A DNA stretch of 63,856 nt, filler included, from Reticulomyxa filosa (lineage: Eukaryota; Protista; Foraminifera): assembly GCA_000512085.1 (NCBI GenBank). It is 20 parts of 20 records of this genome, joined end to end, with 100 filler letters (N's around TTAATTAATTAA, not from the genome) between each part and the next. Parts side by side here need not be neighbours in the genome. Positions count along the whole stretch, not along the records: positions 1 to 18,565 come from ASPP01007098.1; 19 more parts are not named here. One strand, given 5' to 3'. The notes under the pieces are model-generated. The model did not search any database, had not been told where the DNA came from, and was given only the letters and a program-made list of their open reading frames with translations. Made by a program: the position numbers and the translations under genes. The first letter of the stretch is position 1; each line of letters starts with the position of its first letter. Of the stretch, positions 1 to 13,916 are shown in pieces.

Positions 1-670
1 AAGATATGTTTTAAGCGTTCAGTTTTCTTTGCAACCTACTGTAGATATAGCTAAGTGGATGAACCAATATTTTTATCAATGACGTATGAACACATGTGTG
101 TACAAAAGCATTGACAAACAAAAATGGTACATTATGAAGATGATCGATTTTCTAAGTCAAAAATCAATATTTTTTCAAAGTCTATTTTTATTTAAAAAAT
201 TTTAAGAATATCAAGTGTTTCAAGATGTATATCATTTTTTCTGTTTTTTTCGCTTCTGCTAAGGTGCTGTTTAGAACTCCGTAAATCTGAAAATATATTA
301 TTAACACTATTATTTCTTTCCACTTAGTTGCGTTATGTGATGTTTGGTATTGGACTACAATAATAAATGATTATTGAATAATGATGACGTCACCAAAAAA
401 AGGTCAAAAAAGTTCAGTCATTAAATTGCAATGTTACTATATAAAACAATTTTTTTTATTTTTTTTTGTGTGAGTATATATTGTCATATTTATTTTGATG
501 TCTTTTTGCTTGTTGTAATTTTAAAAATTTTGTGTTGAAATTAAAACAAAATATGAATTTGTTTGAAATGTTATTTGATCAAATAAGATGATTTTAATTG
601 TGAGTATTTGCTATAAATATAAGCAAAGTTGTATTGTGTTGTTAAAAATAAATTGAAAGAAACAAATAAA

Positions 671-3567
671 CTATTGAATTAGCGGAAGTGTTCTTAGTCT
701 ACCCAAAACTTTCGAAAAAATGACTGGAGGATTTGCAGTAAATTCCCCTCTTTTTTGAAAAACGGGATGATTGAATGCTAATAAATATGCATGTAAATAA
801 TGCATTTGATCGAATCCAGTGACCTCATCAGCAAATAATTCCATTTCATGTTTTTTGAAATTGGCAATATTGTAGACATCATCTCCAATCAATGGAATTT
901 GTTGATCGAGACAATGAACACGCACTTGATGCGTTCGACCAGTTTCGACGCGACATTTAAGTAGAGAAAAGTGATGAAGTTTCCTTTGTTTTTGAGGGGT
1001 GTACTGAAAATGTTCTAGTTCTCGTAAGTGAGTCACCGCAAGTCGAGCTGTGGGCCTTTTGGGCACTTGGCCACCGAGTTGTGTCATTTTATCCCCTGCT
1101 TTTAGCAAATCTTTGGTCATTTTTTCTGATTAATGCATAAAAACAAGAAAAAACACCTACATACATAAATTAAGCAGGATATTATAGAAAAGTGTTTAAA
1201 CTTCGTTCTTTCTGATTCATGGTCTCTGCAGTGTCGAATTGTTCAAACATAAATTTCTTCTTCCAATTCTTGCAGCTGCATTTCCTGTTCGTAAGTCATC
1301 CTACCTAATTTAGTGCGAATGATATCATCTTGTTTGATATCGTCGAGTTTCAAAACGGACCGCTCCCTTCGATTTATTTGTGGCATTACTCGATAGCGGG
1401 TTTTGTAGTTTGGATGTCGTTCGATATAATTGCGGATTGTCAGCGTCGGCTTGGGTAAATGGCTGTGCACCAGCGCAAGATATTCACGATCGATACTATG
1501 TTCACGGAACTGCTCTCTCAACTTTTCCATTATTGCTTTGTTTTTGCAAATTACCATTAATCCGCTCGTGCGTTTATCCAATCGATGCACAATTCCTTTT
1601 TTTTTTTTCATGTGTGTTCTCATTTGAGGATTTATGTACATATGATACAAAAATATATAATACCTGGCTTGAGAATGTCGTCCAAAGGATTGATTCGAGT
1701 GGTTTGTCCTTCCTGTTCCTCGTTGTCATCGTCATCGTTGATAAGTGGTCCATTGTGGGTATGACTCCGCATAAACAGATGCAATGGATTTGGATATTGG
1801 TTCGCAATTGACTCATGTGTGAAGTCTCGTTGTTTGAACAAGCGGATGGCGTCCTCTTGCATTTCCTTTAAACTGGGTATGTGATACAGCAGAAAGTTTA
1901 CCAACGAGTCAGAGAAATTCAATCCTGATTTCAGACATGCAATACCAACAGAGGATATACATATACACGTGCACGCATGTATACGTACCACATGTGTGTC
2001 ATTAAAAAAAAAAAAAAAAGAAACAACAACAAAAAAAAAAAAAAAAAAATACCAGTTTCAAAAGAAGAATGAACACAAACATTTGGCGGCTTATTGACGA
2101 CAACAATGTGATCGTCTTCATAAAGAATGATGTCATTTCGATGAAAGACTTGAAGGGGTGTGTGTATGTGCGGACAAGGTTGCATTTGTGAGGCCATCAA
2201 TTCCAGCCATTCGTACACGTGTTGATGCGTGAGTATGCGCGGCACTTTTTCCGCTTCGCGCAAATGCTCATTGCCGTCGGCATTCATTGCAATGGCTATT
2301 TCTTCCTCCAAAGACGGCACGTTAGTGTCTTTTTTGTCTTTTTTATCTTTTTTATCTTGTTTCAATTTTCTGTCGATTTGATCTGTTTCGAATGCGATAT
2401 CATATGCCTCTAATGGCAATGGTGGCTTCTTTGCAATGGACTTGTCCTCTCTCTCTTCGCTGTCGCTATTATTGTCATTGTCATCGCTATCAATGGTATT
2501 GTTGGTGTGTCGTTTGGAGTCAGTTCCTTGATTGCCATCGTCGTTGGAGGATTTGCGAAATGTAGTGACAAACAACTGCATAATGCGACGATGATATGAC
2601 TCCACTAAATATTCGTATGGCACATACAATGTGATTTTGTCTCCGTGTTTGATTCGATAGCTGCTTTTGTATACGATCAATTTGTCGTTGATGATCGCTC
2701 CATTCTCTTCCATCAACTCGCTCAACATCGACCGTGATAGTCTCATTCGTGTCAATGTCAGCGGCGATTCCAACGCTCGCTTTTCCATTTCTTCATGCTC
2801 CAACTCTTCTATTCGATACTTTCGCAACTCTTGCCGTGCTTCTTTCCGCGAACGTTTGTCTCAAAAAAAAAAAAAGTTTGATATATTGCATTTCAAGAAA
2901 TTTCCAGAAATTTCCAAGCACATACATATATTGCTTGGGATTTTGTTTATTTGTTGCCATTACGAAAAAATATTGCTTTAGACTTTCTTTTTTTTTTTTT
3001 TGACACACACCGAACAGGCGAAATCTTAAGTTGAATGACTTGCTGACGTTATTCTCTTTGCTGACAGGGTTTGTATTTCGGTAATGAAAAACTGCAAATA
3101 TCAAATGATTAAACAAAAAATCTCCAACACGAAGTGCTGAGTACAGTCGCGTTGAGTTTGTTCTTTCTTTCACGTGTCTCAGATGTTCGTTTCGAACGGT
3201 TAAAGTTATTTTCAATATGCTATGGTTTTCTTGCACCGATTGAAATTGTATCGTTTTGTAGGGAAATCTACGTTGCAATGATTCTTCCCAGTCTCTACTA
3301 TGAGACACGCCCAGTGGTGTGTTTTATCTTGGCTTCCATGTCGCTCAATTCTTTTTGATACTCTTCATTTTTAAAGTGCTTGTGTTTGAAATACGAGTCA
3401 CTCTCTTCTGACACTGATGTTTCTTTGCACTCATCCGTTCCGGACACAACTAAAGACACCGCCGAATGCTGATGTGAGCCTCCACTTTCAAATCTCTTTG
3501 TAGTTTGAAATATCATATTTTTGTAATATCTTTGTAAGAATACACGACCAAGTCTCATTGAATTCAT
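671..3567 (-). CDS. RluA/RluD-family RNA pseudouridine synthase, multi-exon, probable mitochondrial presequence
   Basis: Motifs across exons: S4-like 'LSRSMLSELMEENGAIINDK..YRIKHGDKITL', 'VVVNKPPNVCVH', catalytic 'GIVHRLDKRTSGLMV', 'VETGRTHQVRVH', 'LHAYLLAFNHP'. N-terminus MRLGRVFLQRYY is basic and acid-poor. One apparent homopolymer frameshift near 3320. Confidence 0.9.
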
Positions 3568-3803
3568 TTCTTTGATTATTAGCAGACTTTTTTAATTGTT
3601 TGTCCCCTTTTTCAATTCTTTTATTACAATTGTATTCGTGTTGAAGTAGAATTGACTTGAAAGAGTGTATCAAAATATTATAATCGATAATATGTTAAAC
3701 TTCATTGTTAGATAAAAGTTTCCCCAAGTTAAATTAAACACCCCTTCCCCCTCCCCCTCATGAACAGTAAGGAAAAAGCAAAAAACTTCCGCAAAAAAAA
3801 AAC

Positions 3804-6800
3804 TCACTCTACAAGATTACTTTGTTTCATTAAAACAAAAGTCAATTTAACACTGTGAGTTTGTGAATGATTTATCAATGAATACTGATTTTCGTTGGGC
3901 ACAACAAATACGGACCCAATGCTCAAGAGTTTTTCTTCTGCTGTTTGGCCAATTTTCACTCCCAATTTATTTTTTTCAGAGGATGTGACGATGAAAATCT
4001 ATCGGTTGATTTCATGAGTTTACAGTATGTTTAAAAAAGAGTAGAGAAAAAAACAGTGTTCTTTGTAACTTCGTCAGTGGCTGTTATTTCAGGGTATTTG
4101 ATACCATTTGGAGGGATTTCCAACATGCCAATGGAATATTTTTTGTTTTCAAATGCCTTTCCACCACGGATCTTTAAAGCGGGGTCGGAGGACTCTTCTT
4201 GCGGACCCTGGTCCATTGCGACCAATGATACCATATTCTCCCAACGAATTACGGCTGTTGAATGGAAGAGAAAAGAGTATCCCACACAATAAAAGAATGT
4301 GCATATGGTGTTAATAATTGTTCATTTGTCGTAAAAGCGAGAAAAGACTCAACCCATTTCTTTGATATTTCCGGAAAGACAGTCGTAAATCCAAGCCAGA
4401 CAGTCGTCTGGAGAATGTATTTCCTCATCATCGCTGATCTCGTCGCAGTCTACAGACTCTTCTTTGTTGGTCTTTCCGAGCTTACCTTTGCCTTTTAATG
4501 TGGTGTCGAGTTTTTTTTGGGTCTGCTCCTCCCTTTTTTGCGTCGATTGGCAAATATTTTTTCGTTTTCCTCCAAATGATCAACGCCTCCGAGAGGAATG
4601 TCACCTCGCTCTCTCACCCCTTCATATGTTAGTATATCTTTTGTGTATGGAATTGACTCAGCCCAGAATTTCATCGGTAAGGTTCGAAAGCGTTTACTGC
4701 GACGTAGCCCGGAATTTTCGTTTTCTTCTGGAGGAATGGCCTTTCATTGTGTGTGTATACAAATATATATATATACATATATGTATATATTAAAATATAT
4801 AAAATAAAAAATATACTTAACCACATCTAACAAACTTCTAACACGTTTGCTCGGGTGTTCTTCCCCTAACGGTGATTCTGGCAGTTTTCGCTTCAAAGGC
4901 TTTTTTTTAGTCTGTTTTTTTTCTTTTTTCCCGTTTTTCCTTTTTTTTGTTTGTTGCCTTTTGTCTTTTCTTTTGCATTTGCCTTTTTGTTTTCGTCCTG
5001 AGCTCCATGTTGGCGACGTTTTCTTGTTAGAGGACGAGGTTCAGGACTTTCAAACCCGTCGTCTATCAGTTCCGTCGTTTGTTCCTTTTTTTTTTTTTTT
5101 TTTAAAAAAAAAAAGCAATTAGAAAAAAAATGAATTGGCAATGCAAATCTATATTTAACTTGAGGAAGACGATTGCGCTCCTCGTTGGCATTCGACGGCA
5201 CGTTGTTGTATTTGGACAGCAGATTGCTCATGGCATTGGAAACTCCATTGCTGTTTCGGTGTTCGCGGACGGGTTTGTTTTTCGAAGCCGACACTTGGTT
5301 AGCATCCTCGATGATATTGAGTTCCAACGAATTCGACGCAAGGGACGTCCGTCGCAAGGTGCTTACATCCGATGCTTTGTTTGAATTGCCGACTTTGGCG
5401 GGCCCGTTGGAAGTTTCTTTTGTTTGAGTGTGTGTTTTTTTCAATGGCTCTGCACTTATGCGTCGTGACACTCCTTCCTCGTCCTCGTGTTCTTGTTCTA
5501 GTTTCTGTTCTTGTTCCTGTTCTTGTTCCTCTGCACTTTGATGGTCCACGCCGCCGTAGACATCGTAGTCATGACCGTTGGCATCAATATCGAGATGGTC
5601 ATTGTTCTATCGATTGAATGTATGTGCACGTGTATGCATGTATACGTGCGCACATGTATGTGAAATGAACAAAGACTTAACAGTTGGAGAGAGTGAGAGA
5701 TCTTCATCCATGAGCGTATTGACAGCGATGGCATTGAACGAATGTGTTGCATTGTCATGGTGTTCCTCTTCGTCGTGTCTTTGTTTGTCAGTGTTATTTT
5801 CTTTATCATTTTGTTTGCCATTATCATTTTGTTTGCCATCTTCTTTGTCTTCCTCCTTGGCGTCCATCGCGTCACCCTCGATATCATCGTGCTCGTTATG
5901 TTCATTTTTTTGTTCGTCGTCTTGTTCTCTTCCTTTGTCATGTTTGTGATTCTCGACTGCGTTTCGAATGCCTTCGTTTGAAATGCTTGGCCTTTTCGAA
6001 TGTTGACGTCCAACTTCGTCACATGTGCATACACACATACATATACATATATATATGTACATATATGTATATATGTCTCCATTGACAACGACACCGTGAC
6101 AAGATAAAGACAAACAGACCAAAAGGCTTGAAAGGTGACAGAGTCGATTGGACGCCATTTTGGACAGCACTTGTGTTCGTGATAACGTCGTGTTCGACTG
6201 TCGACGACAATACCTGAGTGCTCGGCGATGGAAAGTTCTGTTTCAATCGCTTGTCCATGTCGTCCAAGGAAGTGATGACGTGCCAATGTTTATCACTGTT
6301 TTCACCTGGTTTGTGCGTCTGCGTCACGCCATTCGTGTTGGTTGCGTCACGGTTCGAATGGTCGTCGTTTTCATCGTTGCTGGCGTTATTGCGTGTGTGG
6401 TCGTCTCTCCCTTCGTCTTCAAATCGCTGTGCGTATTTTCGGATCGCGGTGCTCAGTCCGGCTGTTGTGCTCGGAATACCGCGAGTGTCAAATGGCGTTC
6501 TCACATTCTCCAATGAGGAGCCGTGACTCTTCCCCAATAAGGTGCTGTGTCTTTCTTTGTCGTTGTGTTTGAACTGCTGCAGAGGTGGTGATGGAGAGTC
6601 TCCTATTCGACACACACAAAACGAGCAAATCGCAATGCTATCCGTGCTTTGCTTTCATTGTAACAACAGATAATTAAGTGATACCAATTGGATTTTCAGT
6701 GGGAAAAGGAGTCTGTGCAAATGACAATTTGGTTCGAACGAGACTGCCAATGGTGGATCGCTTTCTATTGCGATAGTCATCTCGATGCATCGCTTCTTGT

Positions 6801-7935
6801 TCGTTTGGTATTTGTCCGTCTGTTGTTTCCTGGTCTTGACTGAACGGGGCATGTAAATACAAACCGCCCAATGACGGAGCTGCCCATGCGTTTGCTTTCG
6901 CATTGCCTTGTGCTACTATTTCCATTTTTATATACTTATACATATGTATATATATATAATAGTATGATATATTGCAAACTTACCATTGTCTCCTTTTTGT
7001 GTCTCCTCTCCTTCTTCCTCGTTCTCCGAATCTCTGTGTTCGATTTGCCACAAACCAAAATGTACACCCAATCACAATGCATTTCACACCAATTTTGTTG
7101 GGTGTTGTTTTTAAACCAAAAAAAAAACAAATTGTGAATAAAAAGAATAGACAAAAGGAATAACGCCATCATTTGGTCACTGTTTTTATTTGTGCTGTGG
7201 TATGTATATCACCACACCTTTCAGGGGATTTTGTTGATTCCAGATATTCGTCTGTAAAACGAAAACAAATTCCACAACAAACATTTTCTTCCCATTCCAA
7301 AAATAAAAATTAAAAAATTATTTTTTTCCGCTTTCATTCTGTTCTACCTCTCAAAAATCTCTTTTAACACATATGGTTCATCAATTTTTCAATCTCTGTC
7401 TTCTCTCTCATTTACCCCTTCTCTCTCCCTCCTCTACTCCTCTTTCCTGAAGGCAATAAAAATGTCGGACTCAAAAGCGGTTTTTTGAAAAGAGAACAAA
7501 AACGCACACAAGTTGCGATTAATTTCACATACTTATTTTGTAGCCACTGTCTTTCCACGTTGGTTGATGATTTGGAAGACGGCTGCCTGTGGACAGTAAA
7601 TCACTTTCTTCTCCTTGCGTTTCTACGTAACGTTTGGATTGCTTGATCCAATCGTCGCCCGTGGTCACTTCATCATTTTCTGTAACACACATATACTTTT
7701 CTTCATGTTAGCCTCTTTTCTCAATATGTCCATTTTTTTTATTGTTGTATGTAGAGGAATAACCTGATTCACAATCTTCAAAGACCTTCGAAAAGTTTAT
7801 CGAAGATTTTCGGTTTGGCCTTCCATATCACAGCATTTGAGCACGTTTTTGATTAGTCGATTTTAACAAAATCCGAAAAACGCTACAAAAAAATATCATA
7901 TGCACCAAAAAAGTATTAAAAAGTTACCTGTTCAT
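3804..7935 (-). CDS. CENPC: CENP-C/Mif2 centromere protein homologue (CENP-C motif + C-terminal cupin), multi-exon
   Basis: CENP-C motif 'GLRRSKRFRTLPMKFWAESIPY' (~4645-4710). Cupin 'GMLEIPPNGIK...IFIVTS...LGVKIG...GSVFVVPNENQYSLINHSQTHSVKLTFVL' ending TGA at 3804-3806. Long low-complexity charged linker. Exons join in phase back to ATG 7935. One A-homopolymer frameshift at ~4515. Confidence 0.8.
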
Positions 7936-8081
7936 TGAAACAATCTTTCGGAGTCACAAACTCAGTCCACCACAAATACAATCCTTCAATAATTAATTTT
8001 TATTTTTTATCTTTGGGGCTTCGCCAACTACCGTACTTGCGTCTTTTCTCAGTTGTTCTAATCTCTGCATATATTGTCTTT

Positions 8082-11000
8082 ATGGCGCAGGGTAAAACGT
8101 AGAAATAACAATTACCTAAGACTATTTTGTTGACAAAATGAATGTTTGATAATACCACAAAACGAACTACCTACCAGTCAGAGATAAAATAAAATGTGCA
8201 AATATTTATACAACTACACTGTATCCAAAAAAAAGATTCAAAATTTTGAAACAAATGAAATGTTTTGTCTTTTTTTTTTCTTTCTCCCTGCCCAGGTTTT
8301 AAAGAAGAATCGCAGTTTGCCAATATGACACAAAAATTTCTCGGTATTACAGTGACATCGGGTAGAACTCATCGTATTGTTTCCTATAATGGGCATTGTC
8401 AAGATTTGGAAGAGGGTGAGCTAACAACAAGCGACGCCGAAGAATTGGATAATAACAGATCTCACGCCAACAATTTCGAAACATCAAAGAAGATGAATAG
8501 CATGGCAAAAGTGCATCCAAATAGACTCAGCGAGCACAAGAATAGAAACCAAAGCCAAAGTCGAAGCCGTAGTCGCAGCTACAGTCGTAGTCGTAGTCGC
8601 AGCCGTGGTCGTAAAAGCCGACGACCAAATAATCACAGCACAAGAAATAACGGATCGAACTCGCAGCAAAAAATGAAAGGCAGCAATAAAAAGCAAGATT
8701 ACAGCGCGAATCGCAAATACAAATCGATGACAGAAAGCAACGAAGGGTCGCAAAAGCGCACAAAGTTGGGACAAAAGATGAGTCGCGACAATAATAAAGA
8801 ACTGTCGTATCACGAAGTGATTCGAAAAATCGGACAGCAAAAGAAGTCGTACAACGTAAGCAATTTGAGTGATGTGATGCACATTCGATCTGGAACAGCA
8901 AGGAACTATTTGTTTTCACATTTGGATTTGAATAGCCTGTCCGTAGAGGCATTGGTATCACGAATCGATAGTATCCAACAAGAGCTACTGGAACAAACAA
9001 AAGTGTCATTGTCACAGACAAATGGTCGTCCCTGTGTGACTACAGAAATGGAATTGAAGACACTGTTATTCTTATATAAAGAGTTGTTGTATAACAAGCG
9101 ATTGTTGTTGTCATCGACAAATATTTATCCCGACAACACAGTCACAACAGTCATTACGACCAATATTATCACGAATGATGGCAATGGACTGTTCTTGGAT
9201 TCGACCATACGAAATAAATTGTACGGATTCAATGCACATAATTGCGACTTGGAAAGATTGGATGAGTGTATTGAGTATTGTTATGACCAAGTGTCGCGTT
9301 TGACGTCCGCCAATTCGGGCTCTTGGCAATCTCTGCACAAACACAACCAAGGCAATGCCATCGATAATCACGATTACAGTCATAATAATGGCCGTGATCA
9401 TAATCACAGTCGCACCTACTATCACAATGACAATGCGAACGACAATGATCACAATAACGACAACGACCATGGTAATAATTGCAACGACGGTCATACTCTC
9501 TCTTTGTCTGTTGCATCCAAGACACATAACAGGAAAGATGGGCTTTCCATACATCAAATCCATTTGTGGCATCAATATGGGGCACTCCGAGCATTATATC
9601 ATTGTCTGTATAAATATCTCAAAGTTATCCTGTCTTTTTTTTTTCCCTTATAAAAAAAAAAACATAGATATAAAGATGTCAAATCATAATATGAACTTAT
9701 CTTGTTTCCATTTTTGTCTATTTCTCCTCCAATGTGAATCGAATCGCTGGACAATCATCACTCGCACAGAAACAATTGAATGAACGACGAAAGCAAGAGA
9801 GAGAGAAAAGCTTGTCTCAGTCCGAGAAGAAGCACATAAGAAAGCAAGAGAACACGGAAGAAGTGATCATCGACACTATCAAAGACACATCCGTATCGTC
9901 CTCACACAACGACTCGCCACACTCACCACCAAAGCTGATGACAGATTCGGACATTAACATGTATGATGTATCAATGACACACATTGCCACCAAAAATAAT
10001 GAGACGAATGAGGTAATGGACAGAGTTTTGGAACCTGTCTTGTCCACATTAATCGCGACAACAGCAGCAGTCAATGAATCAACAAACAAAGAAAATGAAA
10101 CAACAAGTCGCTACAGCACACCAATGTCTCCTCCTCGTGTGTTTAGCACGAGTCCTACTCCGTTGACAATGACGGCAACAGGAAGCAATTTGAGTTTTTC
10201 TCAATTGCGAACGCAATCCGAAATAATAGAGCCATCACTGTCGCAATTGAAAATCAACGGATCTCCGTCATCGACCACTGATCAAACTAATCAAGAAAAA
10301 AAGCAAGGCGAAACAAACCCAATCACAATTATCTCTGGAAATATTGACAATTCTGTCGATGCACAAGCTCTCGCAGCAGTGATATCAAAAGAAAACAACG
10401 ATAATCACAACGTTATCACCAATTTCAATTCCAATATCAATGCTAATGCCAATGCCAATACCAATATCAATGTCAATATTAATACCAATGCCAATATTAA
10501 TGTCAATGCAAGTTCCAATGTGGACAGCACAAAGTCCAATCGCAGTATGGTGCCATACACCGGTAAATGTCGAATGTTGAGAGAACACTATCACATATTA
10601 AATGACATTCACGAAGGTACATACGGACGTGTGAAGCGTGCGGAATGCATTGCTACCGGCGAACAAAAAGCCGTAAAGGTAGTCAAAATCAGCTCCGAAA
10701 CAACGCATAGCGGCTTTCCCAAATCGGGATTGCGAGAAATGAGCATACTCATGTCACTACAACATGAAAATGTTGTCAAACTGGAAGAAATTGTCCTCGA
10801 CAATCGAATTGATCGCGTGGGAATGATCCTCGAGTTTTGCGAACAGGACTTGCATGCTTTTATGAAAGTCATGTTGGAAGGCTTCAATACAGTTTTGTTT
10901 TTTTCAATTTCCAAATATAAATTTTTTATCCATTTGTTTATTGGTTTTATTTCAGAGCGAATTGAAGTGCTTAATGAAACAATTATTGGAAGGAGTCGCC

Positions 11001-12488
11001 TATTTGCACAAAAATTGGGTAATTCACAGAGACTTGAAAACTGCAAATTTGCTGCTTAATAATGGTACTTTGAAAATTTGTGATTTTGGAATGGCCAGAA
11101 GATTTACTGAGTTAAGTCTATTTTTAAGCTTTACTATACTATTTGGTCTCCTTTTTTTTTTATTATTGGCCATCGTCAATAATTGCGCTGTTATTGTTAC
11201 TTGCTTTTTGTTAATTGTTGTTATTCCTCTTTCTTCTATTCTTTTTTTTTTTTTTTTCAAACACCAAACCAAAAAAGGGGCTTTTTAAAAAAAAGAAGAG
11301 ATAGAAAGAAGAGAGAGAGAATAGTAGGAGAGGAGGAGGGAGAGAGGACATATAGAGTCAAATGTTGAAATAAACTTTGATATTGCAAAATATTCACAGA
11401 TAAGACCCTTTTAATGGTCAAAGACGACAACAAATTGAGTGAAATGTCAGTGTATTACAAAACAATATGTGGGGCTGTGTTGGAGGTTTTGCAATTCGTT
11501 TTGCTGCAACACAACACAAAAGCATGTGTTTTATGCAAAGATACTACAGCAAAGAGGGGGAAGGGACTCAAAAGGGGAGGCTGGGATTAAAAAAAAAACA
11601 AATAGAAATAGAAAGAAGGGAACCATTCTATCTCAAATCTATCCATTGACGATAACTTCTTTTTTTTGTTTATGAACCTGAAACATCTGCCCTTCACTCA
11701 AAAAAAAAAATGCTGCCACCTTGGTTTGGTTTTGATTTTGTTTGCGTGGTTTGATTTAGTTTGACTTTGTAAGAGGCGCATAGAAGGAAAGTGCAATGTC
11801 TGGCTTGAGGACAACACAAATATAAACTTGAAAATAAATGGACAGACCGCAAACGCAAATGACGCCGCAGTGCATTACCTTATGGTATCGAGCGCCAGAG
11901 ATGTTGATAGATATGCCGAAATATGGACCGGAAGTAGATATGTGGTCGGTGGGCTGTGTGATGGCGGAAATGCTGTTGCGACGACCGTTGTTTGAAGTGC
12001 AGGCCTCGCAAAACAATGAAGCTCACATATTGTCATTAATTTTCGAGAGAATTGGAACGCCCTCCGATCACAAATGGCATGAATTCAAAGAACATTTTCA
12101 GCGATCGCATTTATCGAAACAAAATGTTCGCTTTCCACGCCATGAAAATCATGGTCATCACCACCATCACTCTTCGCCTGTGTTCACCAGTCCATGGGTA
12201 CGACAAACGTTTGGAAGTGGGGCTGTTAATGTTGGAGATCGTGTGACTTTGAGCAGTGCTGGTATTGATTTACTTAGTCAGTTGCTACGGGTAAATCCCA
12301 ATGATCGAATCCCTGCTCAAGCCGCTTGTGATCATCCTTGGTTCACTGAAGCGCCTGTGGCCATTGACAAAAGATTGTTCAAGACCTGTCCGTCTGTCAA
12401 CAAACAGTCACGGAAGCAGGCCTTGGAGGCTGCTGATCAAAGAAAAAAACAACTAAAAAGAGTTACTGGTGGATTTATGCATACATGA
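8082..12488 (+). CDS. CDK10/CDK11 (PITSLRE/CDKG)-like Ser/Thr kinase with long RS- and Asn-rich N-terminus, multi-exon
   Basis: '[12 protein letters not shown]', 'KAVKVVK', cyclin helix 'GFPKSGLRE', '[10 protein letters not shown]', 'KICDFGMAR', 'TLWYRAPE', 'DMWSVGC'. RS-dipeptide tract at ~8560-8610. A 10-nt first exon ATGGCGCAGG splices in phase to 8296. Confidence 0.88.
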
Positions 12489-13916
12489 GTTTACCACACG
12501 ATATTGGAAACAAAAAAAGGAGGAAATAAAAAATCTCCCCCCATTTCATTTGTTTCACTTTTGAATTTTTTTTCTGCTTGGTGGCCTTAAAGAATGTTGC
12601 ATTGGTTTCTCCCTTCTTTTCTTTCAAAGAACAGATTTGGGAATAAAGGATGGCACCAACATTTTTTTGTTTCCTTTCATTTTGTTTTGTGTGAACGCTA
12701 ATTTTGTCCGAGTGATTTTGTCAGGCAAACCTGCGATACTTTAGAAAGAATTTCGATTCACTTCGGGGGCTTTGGAACAACAGTTTTTTACTCGATAATA
12801 AAATAAAATAAACAAAATTGCATAAATACAAATGTTTCTTTTAATCATTTACAAAATAAAATGTATTGATCATGCTTTTGAAAAAAGAGGTTGTTTTGAT
12901 GAGGAGCTCTTCGAAACAAATGAGATTTCATATAGATTCATTAGTTCAATAAACAAGAAACAGATTAGTTATCCAGTTGAAAGGGGACCCCAATTGAAGG
13001 CAATTCCAGTTTTTTTTTCTGTGATCTTTCTTATAATTCCACTATTGCAAAAAAGAATTCTTCCAAAGACAACAGTATGCCACGTAATATGCTTAACATT
13101 ATTTACATGCTTCATATTCACTATGTAAATAAACTAACAAACAAAGTTTTGAAGTAAGAGAAAGACTAACATAACGAATATAGTAAATGTATTGTAAAAT
13201 TTAAATTTGTATTTTGTCAGATTTTTTGATTGTAAGTAAGTCTTTTTGTTACTGCATTACCAACAAATTGAAAAACAGAAACATAAATATGAATTTGTAT
13301 GGCAGTGCACTAACAGTGTAAAAGGAAGTTACTGAGCAACATATGAAACAAATTTTTTACAACACTTACTTATATTTTTTCTTCTAACTTCTTTTAATAT
13401 ATTGTTGTTATTGTTTTATATTATTCTTTTATTTAAACTAGTTTTGTTTTTGAAAGATTGCTTAAAGAGCAACTATTCGTATTACACTTGACATTCCAGT
13501 CGAGACTAGACAACAACTTAATACAAATTTGAACAACAGATATTGCGATCTTTTTTTACTAATTTATTGTTTTTACGATATAATGAGGAAATAACTATTG
13601 CTCGTTGTTTTTATCTGAATTTTGTGAAAATGAACAAAGCAACATAAGAATGACAGGAAATGTTGTAACAATATGTATTAATATATTTTCTTTGACAATA
13701 ATAAGATATGTTGATGTATAATTTGTTATTAGTCATTTTATATATTATCTTTTGTGCGAATTTTAAAATTTAAAGCAAGATAAAATCAGGAGATTTTACG
13801 TTAAAAGAGGACAGTGGTGAAAATTATCTAACTTTGAGGCCAAGGGGGAAAATGTTAATAGTTGTAATAATTGATCCAAAAAGCTTTTGAATTGACAACA
13901 TAATAAATATTGAGAT

